Below, in pieces: positions 46,382-57,937 of a stretch of 64,000 nt of DNA (the first letter of the stretch is position 1; each line of letters starts with the position of its first letter). The position numbers and the translations under genes were made by a program. Origin of the DNA: a virus. The DNA is taken from the IMG/VR virus record IMGVR_UViG_3300017593_002054; one strand, given 5' to 3'. The notes beneath the pieces are model-generated. The model searched no databases. It was not told where the DNA came from and was given only the letters and a program-made list of their open reading frames with translations.

Positions 46382-47458
46382 ATGCCCAAGGTTAAAGTGG
46401 TATGTGACCGGTGCGGAAAGGAATTTTACAAATATCCAAGCAGGGTTAGCAAGAAAAATTATTGCTCAAGGGAATGTTATAATAAATCACGCATTGGTGA
46501 TAATAACCCTAACTGGAAGGGGGGATTGGTTACATTGTATTGTGAAAATTGTGGTAAGCCATTTAAAGTTAAGCCCTATCTTGTTGGTAAAAGGAAGTGT
46601 TGCTCAAGGGAATGCCAAGCTGAGCTGAATAAATCAAAGTTTGCCGGTGAGAATAACCCTAATTACAAAGGCAAGATAGCCAAGGTATGTCCTCAGTGTG
46701 GCAAGACATTTTATGTTTTTCCAAGCAGATATTCGGGTAAAAAAGAGAAAAAATATTGTTCTAAGGAATGCATGATTGAGTCGCACTATACCGTAAGGCG
46801 TTGTCGTCAATGCGGTAGAGAATTTAGAGTAAGGAAGGGAGATAAAAGCAAATATTGCTCTAAAGAGTGCCGTATAAAATCAAGAATAAAGACAGTTACT
46901 AAGTTATGTGAATGGTGTGGTAAGCCCATGGTGGTTAAACCCAGCGTGGCAAAGAGGCAACGTTTCTGTTCAGTAGAATGTAAACATAAATGGTTTGCAT
47001 CCGGTGTGGTTAGGGGCAGTAATAACCCAAGATGGAATGGCGGAAAAGTAACCCTATACTGCGAATATTGCGGTAAGCCATATCAAGTGCCAAGACACAG
47101 AGCAAGCGATAGCCACTTCTGTTCATATAAATGCAAATATGCTGGGCGTTCTGGCAAAAATAGTCCTAACTGGAAGGGGGGAAGACCAAAATATCGTGGT
47201 GCTAACTGGCAAGAGCAACGTGAAAAAGCATTGGCAAGAGATGATTATATCTGTCAGTTGTGCGGAAGTAAAGAATACTTGGTTGTTCATCACATAGTGC
47301 CATTCCACTCGTTTGATGATTATAGAGAAGCAAACCGACTTGATAACCTAATTACACTATGCCAAGTATGTCATGGGAAAGTGGAACATGTTGAGGAATA
47401 TAAGCGTAAATTGCAGGTTAAGATTCGTTCCTGTAACATTTTGCAAGAATGTGAATAG
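46382..47458 (+). CDS. HNH endonuclease with six N-terminal zinc-finger repeats
   Basis: Six CxxCGK..(Y/F/C)CSxxC units, four N(N/S)P.(W/Y).G linkers, CQLC..VHH..N..TLCQVCH. Confidence 0.9.
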   Translation: MPKVKVVCDRCGKEFYKYPSRVSKKNYCSRECYNKSRIGDNNPNWKGGLVTLYCENCGKPFKVKPYLVGKRKCCSRECQAELNKSKFAGENNPNYKGKIAKVCPQCGKTFYVFPSRYSGKKEKKYCSKECMIESHYTVRRCRQCGREFRVRKGDKSKYCSKECRIKSRIKTVTKLCEWCGKPMVVKPSVAKRQRFCSVECKHKWFASGVVRGSNNPRWNGGKVTLYCEYCGKPYQVPRHRASDSHFCSYKCKYAGRSGKNSPNWKGGRPKYRGANWQEQREKALARDDYICQLCGSKEYLVVHHIVPFHSFDDYREANRLDNLITLCQVCHGKVEHVEEYKRKLQVKIRSCNILQECE

Positions 47459-48695
47459 CCCTCTTTACGTCATCCACTGTTACATCCCTATAATTCAGGC
47501 GTGCAATTGACCGTGCAACTCTCCATATGCTTTCAATGTGCCGTATGTCGGTTCTTCCTGTGCTGTGTATATACTCGTTTATCCAATCGGCTCCTGCTTC
47601 TCTGACCTCATCAGATATCTTAGATTCTCTGCTTCTTATCCATTTCAGGTATTTCATAAATAGTTCTGTTTCTTTCTCCTTTGGCTTGCCCATCGTGAGG
47701 GATCTATACCTTGCTATTGTCTTTGCATCCTCAACGCTATACTTGCTTATGTGAAATCTGAAATCCCACCTGCCGAGTTGCTCTGGCGTAAAGCATGATA
47801 CGTCATTGGCTGCTGCTATTATTATGACTTCGGCAGGATATTCCCCCTCAACATCTCCCGCTTGGAAAGGCACTATCCCCTCTTCGCCGGAACTCAGTAC
47901 GGCATCACGGTGGTATTTTTCTGCTTTATCTAATTCGTCAATTGCTACCACGCTTTTATGATATCTTGGTAAAAACCCAGGGCTACCATCTTTCAGGCTG
48001 ACAGACAATCCAGCTCTTGTTGAGCGTGTTCCTGATGTATACCCACCGCCTAACTTCTTAATCCATCTCAATATCGGCGTTTTTCCTGTGCCACTGCTGT
48101 CTTTTCCATAAAATAGTACCTGCACTCTCCACCGGTCGCCATGTTCATCCCAATGCGATGCAAGAGCCAGCAACACCGCCTTCTTTTCATCTTCCATTTT
48201 TACCACTTTCGGGCATACATAGTTATAGAAATAATCAAGCCCATCATGTTCTCTCAGTATCTCTTTAAATTTCTGTATGTCCTCTTCTTCTACCGTTACG
48301 TTCTCAAGGAAATGAGATTTAAAAGTGGTGCTGGCTATCTGCTCTCTCTCCCCCTCAACCTCATCCAATGCAACCTCAACTATATCGTAACTGTCTGCCA
48401 ACGCATAGTGATGGTATTGATTGCTGTAATACCCCTGTGTAATAACACCTTCCTGCAGCAGTTGATTCAGGAGCCCGCCGTTAAGCCCTTCTATGTCATC
48501 CATCTGCCATCCCCACTTGCCATCAATGCTGTCCTTCGGGTGTTCCTTCTCCCATTCAATGATGTTGTGCAACACCTGTATATACCTGTCTGCACTCTCC
48601 TTTTTCATCAGAGCATCAATCTTCTTCTTCATAACTTCTATTCTTAACTCATTTGTTATTAACATTTTACTCACCTTAACCTCAATCCGCAACAA
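47418..48695 (-). CDS. wHTH-fused MCM-like AAA+ ATPase lacking the MCM N-terminal domain
   Basis: GTGKTP, STRAGL, IDELDKA, IAAAND, GRWD; N-terminal wHTH resembling 41994-42875. Confidence 0.8.
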   Translation of the reverse strand: MLRIEVKVSKMLITNELRIEVMKKKIDALMKKESADRYIQVLHNIIEWEKEHPKDSIDGKWGWQMDDIEGLNGGLLNQLLQEGVITQGYYSNQYHHYALADSYDIVEVALDEVEGEREQIASTTFKSHFLENVTVEEEDIQKFKEILREHDGLDYFYNYVCPKVVKMEDEKKAVLLALASHWDEHGDRWRVQVLFYGKDSSGTGKTPILRWIKKLGGGYTSGTRSTRAGLSVSLKDGSPGFLPRYHKSVVAIDELDKAEKYHRDAVLSSGEEGIVPFQAGDVEGEYPAEVIIIAAANDVSCFTPEQLGRWDFRFHISKYSVEDAKTIARYRSLTMGKPKEKETELFMKYLKWIRSRESKISDEVREAGADWINEYIHSTGRTDIRHIESIWRVARSIARLNYRDVTVDDVKRAIHILAKCYRNES

Positions 48696-49077
48696 TTACA
48701 GAATAACCTTCGGTTGCCTTCAAACCCATGCTTAAAAGGTCTGCATCCGCATCTCGGACATTTGTTGCTTTTGCTAACATTCTCCCTCCCAATCATATCT
48801 CGTTGAAATGCTTTCATCCAGCATTCCCAACCTTTCATCTGTCTCCCTTATGATATTCTCTATCTGCTTCTGCCATTTATTCCATACGTTGTGCGGAATA
48901 TCTATGATTATTTTCATTTAACCACTTCTCCACTTTGGCAATTCTACTGCATCATTATCTATATAATCGGGTAACCACTTTGGCAATCTAATTACACTAA
49001 TTACAGTATCGAATGTCCTTCTCCTTCCACACACAGAACATATATTTCTCCATTCTTCCATCTTTATCCCTCTTATC

Positions 49078-49746
49078 CTAACCTAAATAACTATTTAACA
49101 GTTTTTCCATCTCACTCATCCCTGGCATTGTTATAGTTGCCTTCTGTAACTCTGATATTGCCTTCCTCATTGATCCGCCACTCCTGACAAAAATCTCATG
49201 CAAATCCACATCGCTTATGCCTTCCTGCTGTAAAATGAAATTTAGCCGAGCTATAATGTCATCCTCTCTCAATCGTGAAAACTCAAATGACGTGCATCTG
49301 CCCTCCTTTATTGGCGGTATAATCTTTGAAACATCGTTGCATATCATAATCACCCTGCAATTGTGTTTGTATTTCTCAAGGGGTGTTTTTAGGGCATTCT
49401 GGCTATCAAATGTTATTGCATCTGCCTCATCGAGAAGCAATATTTTGAAAGGACCATCTCCCCATGAAGCATACCGCATGAATGGGATTATTTTCTGCCT
49501 CACCATGTCTATTCCTCTGTCATCGCTGGCATTCATCTGTTTATAGTTTATCTCAACTTCATCTCCCAGCAATTCCTTTACAAGGATGTTGGCTATTGTC
49601 GTCTTCCCGGTGCCATGAAATCCGTAAAAAAGAAGATGTGGCATATCCTCTGGATGCTTCAGATATTCCCTGCACGCCTTAACCACATTTTTGTTGCCCA
49701 TAACCTCATCAAGAGATTTCGGCTTATATTTTTCCAGCCAATCCAT
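49078..49746 (-). CDS. rfcS: Replication factor C small subunit-like protein (short)
   Basis: WLEKYKPKSLDEV, GFHGTGKT, NASDDRGID, LLDEAD, IMICN; only 222 aa. Confidence 0.85.
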   Translation of the reverse strand: MDWLEKYKPKSLDEVMGNKNVVKACREYLKHPEDMPHLLFYGFHGTGKTTIANILVKELLGDEVEINYKQMNASDDRGIDMVRQKIIPFMRYASWGDGPFKILLLDEADAITFDSQNALKTPLEKYKHNCRVIMICNDVSKIIPPIKEGRCTSFEFSRLREDDIIARLNFILQQEGISDVDLHEIFVRSGGSMRKAISELQKATITMPGMSEMEKLLNSYLG

Positions 49747-51310
49747 TTACATCACCTATTACATTATTAAATATCAATCTGAAGTTAAGTTTGGGTTTCC
49801 TGTAAAGAATGTCGATATCATCGCATCCTGTTATTTCCTTCAGTTTTTCAAGTAACGAAAGAGATATGCCACTGTTTCTTACATCATGCCAATCGGTGCA
49901 TATCGTAACAAAAATTCCCTTATCCATCACGTTTTCATCAATGCTAAACTCACTTTCACAATCTATCAACTCCCGTGCTTTTTTCACCATTTCTAATACA
50001 TCCTCTATATCCATTTTACTCATCTTTTACCTCAAAATTATGGCTTCGCCTTTTTTTATCCCTTCCCTTTCAAGTTCTATGATAAATGCGTTCAGCAATC
50101 TTTTGTTAATTCTTAACATCTTGCAACCTTTTTTTAGTTCATTTAGTGATGGATATTTAGCAACCTTGTATGGAAAGAAAAGGTAAATACTATGATTATA
50201 CTCTCTCGTTATTGTTCCATCAAAAAACTCGGCAACCGTTATACTTCCCTCTGGAAAAAGGTTTATGTGCTTCTTTGGTGGAACGTAATGAATGTATGAT
50301 TTAACATCCTTCATCGAGTTTATACAATCTGGATCTGGTTCATACTGTATTATAAATGTTCCAACTGGATATTTTTCGTTGTATGCCTTAACCCTCTGTT
50401 CCATTATGAAATGCTTTGCATCTTTTAACGTGCTAAATTCCCCTCTTTCGTTATTTATCTCTACTGTTATTTTCATTTTCATTACATCACCACATAATCC
50501 TCCGAATTGTAAAATGGGCATTTCGCTCTTATTTTCTCTGGACAAATATTACAAAAACCGCAACACTCACTCATTCTTTCACCCTTGCCTCAAAATTATG
50601 GGCTTCCCCTTCTTTTGCATCGTGCAATCTATCCTTTGCTTTCTCGATTGCTTCATCCTCGCTTGTCGCCATCACTTCTATGTAAAATCCGATATCGAAG
50701 TTTACCGCATATTTCTTCTGCTGTTGTATCGGCACAACTGCAATCGGCATGACATCATAATTTCCATCATCAGGTGTTTCTAATCCCTGTGCCTTCAAAA
50801 ACTCCTGCTTCGCTTTATCGTTTAAGTCATCAAAATATATCTCAAAATTTTCCTCACTCATTTTCTACCTCCTTTATACATTTCCATTCACAAAATCAAG
50901 TTCTGCAAGCACTTTATCTGCTATCGCCTTTGTTTCATCACCAGTTAATGGCTCGTCTTTCCACAGATGTCTTATGCTCTTAACAAAATCCTCTATTTCT
51001 TTATCTATATTCATATTCCAGCCCCCGATATTACATCATTCTTGTAGAAATCATGCAGTTCTTCACACAGTTTCTCCCATTCCTTTTTGCATTTCTCCGA
51101 GCAAACTATCGTTCCGTCTGGCAGTTCAATCCAATAGTCCAAATCCTCTTTACCACAATTCTCGCAATACATCTTTACCTCCTTAATATCTCATAGTCAT
51201 CGCTTCCACATGCAGGACAACCAACATACATTTTTCCCTCGTTGTAATCATATTCTGCCATATACACTTTATTACACTTTAGGCATCTTACTTCTATTAA
51301 TTCTTCCATC

Positions 51311-52270
51311 CTATTCGCCTCCAACAAATCTTTTAAAGGTGGGAAATCTCTTCTCACCTTCATATAGCGGTTTTTTCATCTGCATTTCAATCATAAACTC
51401 TCCGTCTGTTTCCCATCGCTCAATCGCTTCCCTGCTGTTTCCTCCGTTTATCGCCACCCTGTATGTTTCGTTATCGCTGTCTATGACAGTTACAGTTACC
51501 CCTCCATCGGTATGCTCTAAATCAATCACTTTAACCTGCTTTTTAATGTAATATCTCCACTTTTTCCAAGCCCCGCTTCTCTTCGTTCCGTTTCTGCCCC
51601 CATCCTCATAAATGCTGTCTGGATTTTTCCATACAATCCCTTCGGTATTCGGTATCTGCAAAACCGTTTTTGGATTATCATAGAATGGTAAAACCCTGAC
51701 ATACTGCTGTAAGTAATCTGGAATTTTTATCCCCTTCAGAATTTCAACTACTTCCGAGAGTTTACGGTATATCATGTCCTCCCCATTCCATTCAAGTATG
51801 TGGAATATGTTGTATGTCGCTGGCATTTTATTAGCCAAATATTTTATCCTGAAAGGCACATCTACCTGTCTTACTTCAAATCCATGCTCGAAATTCCACA
51901 CGCCATTGACTCTTACTGCCATCTCACCATCCAGTATAACCCGACCATCGAAATGATTTACCTTTATTATCTCCCTGATGGCATTTACCACTTCTGGGTA
52001 TCGGTATGCTCTCTGGATATGCTTGCTACTCCACATATAGATGCTGTGGTTATCATTGCCTATCTCGGCAATAATCCTCCCTCCATCTATCTTTTCTTGG
52101 TATAAGTTGCCATCTGCATCTGTGGGTGGCTCTTTCACCAGTTTGCACTCCATCGGATTCTGAATCTTATCCCATATCATTTTTCCTCGCATGACAAAAA
52201 TAACACTCCTTTTCCACGTTCTCGATGTGTGCATAAGATTTCTTACATATTGTGCAGTAATATCCCCCAT
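51311..52270 (-). CDS. ATP-dependent DNA ligase (compact, LigD/phage-type)
   Basis: Motif I EKIDG, III ILDGEM, IIIa YNIFH, IV EGIVWK, V WKKWR; start uncertain. Confidence 0.85.
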   Translation of the reverse strand: MGDITAQYVRNLMHTSRTWKRSVIFVMRGKMIWDKIQNPMECKLVKEPPTDADGNLYQEKIDGGRIIAEIGNDNHSIYMWSSKHIQRAYRYPEVVNAIREIIKVNHFDGRVILDGEMAVRVNGVWNFEHGFEVRQVDVPFRIKYLANKMPATYNIFHILEWNGEDMIYRKLSEVVEILKGIKIPDYLQQYVRVLPFYDNPKTVLQIPNTEGIVWKNPDSIYEDGGRNGTKRSGAWKKWRYYIKKQVKVIDLEHTDGGVTVTVIDSDNETYRVAINGGNSREAIERWETDGEFMIEMQMKKPLYEGEKRFPTFKRFVGGE

Positions 52271-53628
52271 CCTTCTTTTCTACTATCATTTTTCCTCCTG
52301 AATCATATTCAGTATGCCCTTCCATTTCTTTATCATTTTGCGATGGTATTTCCTTTCTGATTTATCCGTAGAAAATTCTATGTAGTCCTCGTAGTCGTCA
52401 ATAATCTGCTTTATTGCATACTTAACGATTACCTCTATGTCAGTTGGGTGTAAATTAGCCATCATCTCTGCAATGCCTTCCTGATCAATTATGTTGTCCT
52501 CGTTATGAAATAATCTAATATGTTCCTCTAATTCCTCTTCCGTGCTGAATTTTGCTGTGCAGTATATACACTCATAGGGTGTAAATGTATCGCCCATTTT
52601 AATCACTCTCCATTATGTCCACTACTTTCATTCTGTCGTTGTTCAGCATCTCCATGTCTGCGAGATAATTCCACAAGTCGGAGATATTGCCATGCTTTAA
52701 ATCAATGAGAATTGTTACCTTCATTTTATCAACTCTGGATTTTCCAAGTGGGTATGCACTCTCTTTTCTACTGCATCAAATCTGAAATGCTTGAACATCT
52801 GCATTATTGTTGCCATACCCATTGTGTATGTCTGCCCATTTGCCATGACTTTTACATAAGCATCCCCATGAAATGTATAAGGCATACCGAGATCCTTTCC
52901 CTCTATTTTCTCGCTCATAATTATACCTCCGCAACAACAACCTTTCTTAACTCGGTATTTGTAACTTCCCTGCCACAATTACTGCAAAAGTATCTTACCT
53001 CTATGTCTTTCACAAATTCATCGGTTATGCACTCGCCATTATCTGTTATCGTTACCATGTCTGTTATCTTTCTGATAAATCCGTCATTGCCACAATGCGG
53101 ACACACCAATTTTATATTTTCTGCCATTTTTATCATCTCCTTTAGTTTGAGTGGGGTTTTATACGGTATGGCTGGATTACCCCCAACCATGCCATACCGA
53201 GAGTGGGGTTTGCCTGAATTTTCAACCGATGCAATGCCATGAAGCCCTACGACATGGCATCCATCAGTTCCCCTAAACATGCTTGTTTACATTTACACGC
53301 TAAAGGGCTTCGGGATGGGGATAAGGGATAACCCCTTATCCTTTCCAAATATATGGGAAAGAGAACCATCAGGCATACATTACCTCTTCTATGAGATTAT
53401 TCAGCTTCCTTCTCAATGTTAATATCTGTGCCTCATGGTATTCTAACTCCTGCTCTATTCTCTCTATTTCCTCTGCCTTACCCAGAATCTCACCCATCTA
53501 TCTCACCTGCTCAAACTCTTTTTCACTTACCGTTATATCCCATTCGGGGTGTTTTTCCTGCAACTCCTTTTCGATTGCTTTAACATCAACGCCATGCCCA
53601 TGTATTGTTAGGAATAGATAATGGCTGT

Positions 53629-54369
53629 TCATACTACCTCCAAAAATGCAATCGCTTCATCGTCTATCTTGGCATCGACTTCCTCTTTCGCCTTCACTTC
53701 CACATGCCCACCATTCATTTTCAGTTCTATGAATTTCATGTAATCCTCGCCCTGTGTGTCCGTTTCCGTTGCCACCGAGAGCAATCTGTCTGTGGTTTGG
53801 TTATCATGCTGAACGATCCCCAGTTGTTTTGCAGGTTTTATCAGATTTTGGCTCACCAGTTCGCATAAAACTATTCTGTCATGTGCTGGAATCAAAAGTC
53901 CTGCCCTGTTCCTGCCATAATACCCATACCTGCACAACAGCCCTACGCCTTTCGCTATCATGTAGTTGTATATCTTTGCCATCACCATCATGTATTTGTC
54001 GTTGTCATTGTTGTATATCTCATATTTATCTCCGATTGAAAGAAGGTTTACGCTCAATTCCATGAGCGGTATCTCTCCGTTCTCATCTATTCGGATGACT
54101 TTATCGACAGCATTCTGCATGAATGCCTTTCTCTCTGCCTCTTGGAATATTACGCCTGTGTCCTCATCCCTTCGCAATGTTAAATCGCCCCTGTCATAGT
54201 TGCTGTGGCAGTTTAGACATTGATATACCTGCCTTACCTCCCCCTCGCACTTCGGACATACCATTTTTGCCTTTATGCCATATCCTGAAAGCCCCCTGCC
54301 CGATGTTGCCTTTTCTAACCTGACAGGCATATCTATCGTTTTCCATGAAAGCCGATATTTAAGAGCCAT
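53629..54369 (-). CDS. Ku-like DNA end-binding protein
   Basis: PVRLEKAT..C..C..C..C..GVIF..VIRID..KYEIY..GLLCRY..GRNRAGLLIP..IVLCEL follows the order of the prokaryotic Ku core. Confidence 0.6.
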   Translation of the reverse strand: MALKYRLSWKTIDMPVRLEKATSGRGLSGYGIKAKMVCPKCEGEVRQVYQCLNCHSNYDRGDLTLRRDEDTGVIFQEAERKAFMQNAVDKVIRIDENGEIPLMELSVNLLSIGDKYEIYNNDNDKYMMVMAKIYNYMIAKGVGLLCRYGYYGRNRAGLLIPAHDRIVLCELVSQNLIKPAKQLGIVQHDNQTTDRLLSVATETDTQGEDYMKFIELKMNGGHVEVKAKEEVDAKIDDEAIAFLEVV

Positions 54370-56314
54370 TTTCCCCCTCCATCACTTCAATTCTTCTTAC
54401 ATCTCTATTCCATCTTGCTTTATCCTTGCTCACTTTATCCCTGCACTCCTCAAATGTCCATGCTTCATTATCGACAAAAATCGCACTACCGAGTGATGCC
54501 TTACTCATTCCGAATCCGCCAACAGCCCTGCCATATATGTATCCATCGGCACTTTTACAGGTTGGGGAATTTCTTTGTTTCTCTGATAATCTCAATCGGA
54601 TTATCTCACCTTTCTTTAGATCCCTGTCCACATCTGCCCATTTTTTCCATTCCATCTTACCACCCCCTGTATATCCAATCGGTAACGTAATCTATCGCTA
54701 TCTCTTGATTGAGTGTCCTTTTCTCTTTCCCTGACGATGACGTCAGGATTATCTCCATTCCCTCTACGGAAATAGTTAATTTGCCCATTTGATCACCTTC
54801 ACAACTATAATGCAAAAAGGGTATATAAAATTTGCCATAATAATTCATACCAAAAATAAAAAGGGGAAGAGAGGGCATAAAACCCTTCACGGAATGCCAT
54901 ATTTCGCATGAAAATCCCTACTTTTCGTTAGCGATTTCTGCCTCTTTTACTGTCTGTGCAATCCATCCAGATCCACCCCAACCATACCATGCCACAAGTT
55001 TATACCCTTTTGGTAATGCTTCCTGAATTAAATCATCTCCCTTGCGTATCGCTTGCCAAGATGAATATTTACTGCCACCAGCAACACATATAGGAATATT
55101 AATAAAAAATGTGTATCTGTTGTATTCCAATACCTTTTTTACTTCATCATCAAGTGTTTCTTTATTCAATGGACTATTTGCAATTTCCGAACGACAGATT
55201 TTCATTTCTTCTGTCCATTTCAATTTTTCATTTGCCATTTTATATTTCCTCCATATTCTTATTTGGAGGGATTCCGCCCTCCTCCGTTTCTTTGTATGCT
55301 TTTAGCAACTCGGCAACCACAACCCCGAAGGGTATGCTTTTCTGCCTTTCCTCCGATAGTTTATTTCTGATTTTCAGCAGTTCCATGTATGTGTTCTTAT
55401 CAACTCCAATTGATGGCATTTACTCCTCCTCCACTATATACCAGCCATGTATTTTGTCGTTGTATGTTCCGCTTCCCCATTTTGCTATGCCATGCTCATA
55501 CGCTTCCCTGCCTGTCTTAAATGATTCTCTCGGTGGGATGAAGCCCTGCCTTATCATATTGTCGCTCAATTTTATTCTATACATTGTTATATCCTCCACT
55601 GTTCTCCGTAATTTTTTATTAAAGATTTATATTCTTTCCTGTAATAATCGCTCATGGGATAGTATTGTCTTGCAAGCCCCCGCAATGCACAGTATAATAC
55701 AACCTTCGCCAGCCCATAAGTGCCTGCTTCCTCCTTTGAAGCATCCACATAACCGCTCTCTATGATGTTGTTTACTTCCTTCTTTAGATATTTCTTAAAT
55801 TCCTCTTGCTCTATCAATTCATCTACTTTCTCTTTTAGTTCTTTAACTTCCATTTTCACCTCCATACTCAAATAGTGATTTTTCTTTCCTTTCCTCTCTC
55901 TTGTCCATAATATTTTTAATTTCTCTCATGGCATCCAATAGTGGGTGTTCTATCTCTCCCCCTCTCTTTGTATAAATTAAACGCTGTATATCCTTTAATA
56001 TATATTGTTCGTAGTCAGTTAGTCCTCTGTCCAATACTTCTTTTAGGTAATCGGGCAATTCCATTTCCCTTTTCTGCATCACTTTTGCTGTCAGATATAG
56101 ATAGATGTTTGTATTCTCGCTACTCATGGGTTGTGTCAATGCTTCCGTATAAAGATATAATACCGTTTCAGCATCTCCGACAGTTTCGCCTCCTTTCATA
56201 ATATCGGCAAGTCCATAAACTAATCGTTCTGCCCTAACTTCATCCAGTAACCATTCTGGTATTGTTTCAGCCCATCCCCTATTAGCTACCACCAGTTTAT
56301 TTCCGCTCATCTCA

Positions 56315-56839
56315 TTACTCCATCTTTACTAAAAGCCCTTCTTCATAGGTATTGATATTGCCCCAGTTCTCTTTTGGCACTTTCCATATTTTGTATTTAC
56401 CGTATTGTTGCTTCAGATATTCAATGCTGTTATATCCCCATTCTGCCATGTCAGGCATGGAATAGAGCCGAGCATAGCAAAATATTTCATCTCCGTTTTT
56501 CTCCGTTATAAAATATAAATCTCCGTTGTAACTCTCCCATATTTCGATAACAGGATCTCCCTTGCCTTTAACTTTCCATACTGCTTTTTCGTTCTCTGCC
56601 TTTAAGTCATCCCTTGCCTTTAACCGTTCTGCTTCCCCTTCCGTTATAACCCTGCCAGTTCTGGGGTATATTCCTCCTCCATCACTAACGTAATACCACT
56701 TTCTATTATGGATATTTCGGATTAGTGAATAGCCGATTTTTTTACCCTTCGCATATCCTACTCCTGTTTCCTCGTTTACTTCCGTAACCTCGACAGGATT
56801 TTTTAAGCCCTCAAGGTATATTAGCTGTCCTTTCTCCAT
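56315..56839 (-). CDS. Phage-type hypothetical protein
   Basis: WES..G..YF..AEWGY..I.YL pattern. Confidence 0.5.
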   Translation of the reverse strand: MEKGQLIYLEGLKNPVEVTEVNEETGVGYAKGKKIGYSLIRNIHNRKWYYVSDGGGIYPRTGRVITEGEAERLKARDDLKAENEKAVWKVKGKGDPVIEIWESYNGDLYFITEKNGDEIFCYARLYSMPDMAEWGYNSIEYLKQQYGKYKIWKVPKENWGNINTYEEGLLVKME

Positions 56840-57299
56840 TCTTATCCCTCCTTTTTTGGGATAATTGTATATCCCTCATTCGCAAGTAATTCGCTCATGC
56901 AATCGCCACACAGCCCGCCAATCTCCGCATACTCTTTCATTGCTTCTTCTTCGTTTTCAGCCATGAGATAGAGATTAGTTACTTCCCAGTTACAACTTCC
57001 GCATTTCTCATCATGTGCCACTATATACAGCTTCATATTTTTACCTCACTCTTGGAATTAAAAGACCTTTTGCATCCATAATCCAATAAAATAATGCAAT
57101 CAATTGGCTTGAAAATCTATGATACCCTTCTTCTTCAATATCTATATTTGTCATCTTCATTTTAACACCATGCCCCTGTTCTTTCGTCATATTCCGTTTC
57201 GCTCATTATCTCCTTCAATCGCTCATACTCTATTTCTATTTTCTCAATCACCTTTTCTGTTTCCTTTTCTTTATTCAATTTGATCACCTTCATTATTGT

Positions 57300-57575
57300 A
57301 ATGCAAAAAGCATATTTAAATCTTTCCATTTCTTAAATCATCAAGTTATCAAATTTTAAAATTTAAAATTTTTTATTTTTTTTGTTTTTTAATTTCAAAA
57401 TTGTAAAATTCTGCTCATATCTGCTTTTAACCTGTTATTTTTAATTTTATTACAGTAAAATTAAAGAGAATTTTATACTATATTATCTATATTATAGAAG
57501 AAAAAAAATTAAAAAAAAATTTTTTTAAATTTATCTAACATTATCACCGTTAGATTTATGTATGCAATTTTGTTA
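57300..57575. other. Extremely AT-rich divergent intergenic region with inverted repeat
   Basis: Long A and T runs; ATCTAAC-N9-GTTAGAT at 57533-57555. Confidence 0.6.
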
Positions 57576-57937
57576 ATAAAATATGGCAGATTACCACCTC
57601 TCACGGCGAGAAATTGAATATTTGAAAAGCCCAAAAGCATTTGGCAAAAAGCATGGCAGGGATTATGCCTACGTTATCAAAAACAGGATTACAAAAAAAT
57701 ATCGTGAGATGAAAGCAACAATCGAATTTATCGAGAGCCACATAGATCCAAAAACCCTGCAAAAGTTGTTACATCCAAAATCCCCAGATTGAGAAAATTT
57801 AACGGAATGGCATATTTGCAACGAAAAGTAGGGGTTTTCATGCTCAAAATGGCAATTACTTTTTAAATGAGAGCGGAGAGCATGGAGTAATGAAAAATTT
57901 GGCAAGTAATCAAGACTTCCATGCTCTCCATGATGCA

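Noticed and set aside
47418-48695. Terminase or packaging ATPase
   Set aside because: The motifs (STRAGL, IDELDK, AAAND, RWD) are MCM-clade AAA+, not terminase or FtsK/HerA.
48890-49000. TTGCCAAAGTGG direct repeat (on minus strand)
   Set aside because: Only two copies, explained by a repeated LPKW peptide in a small ORF.
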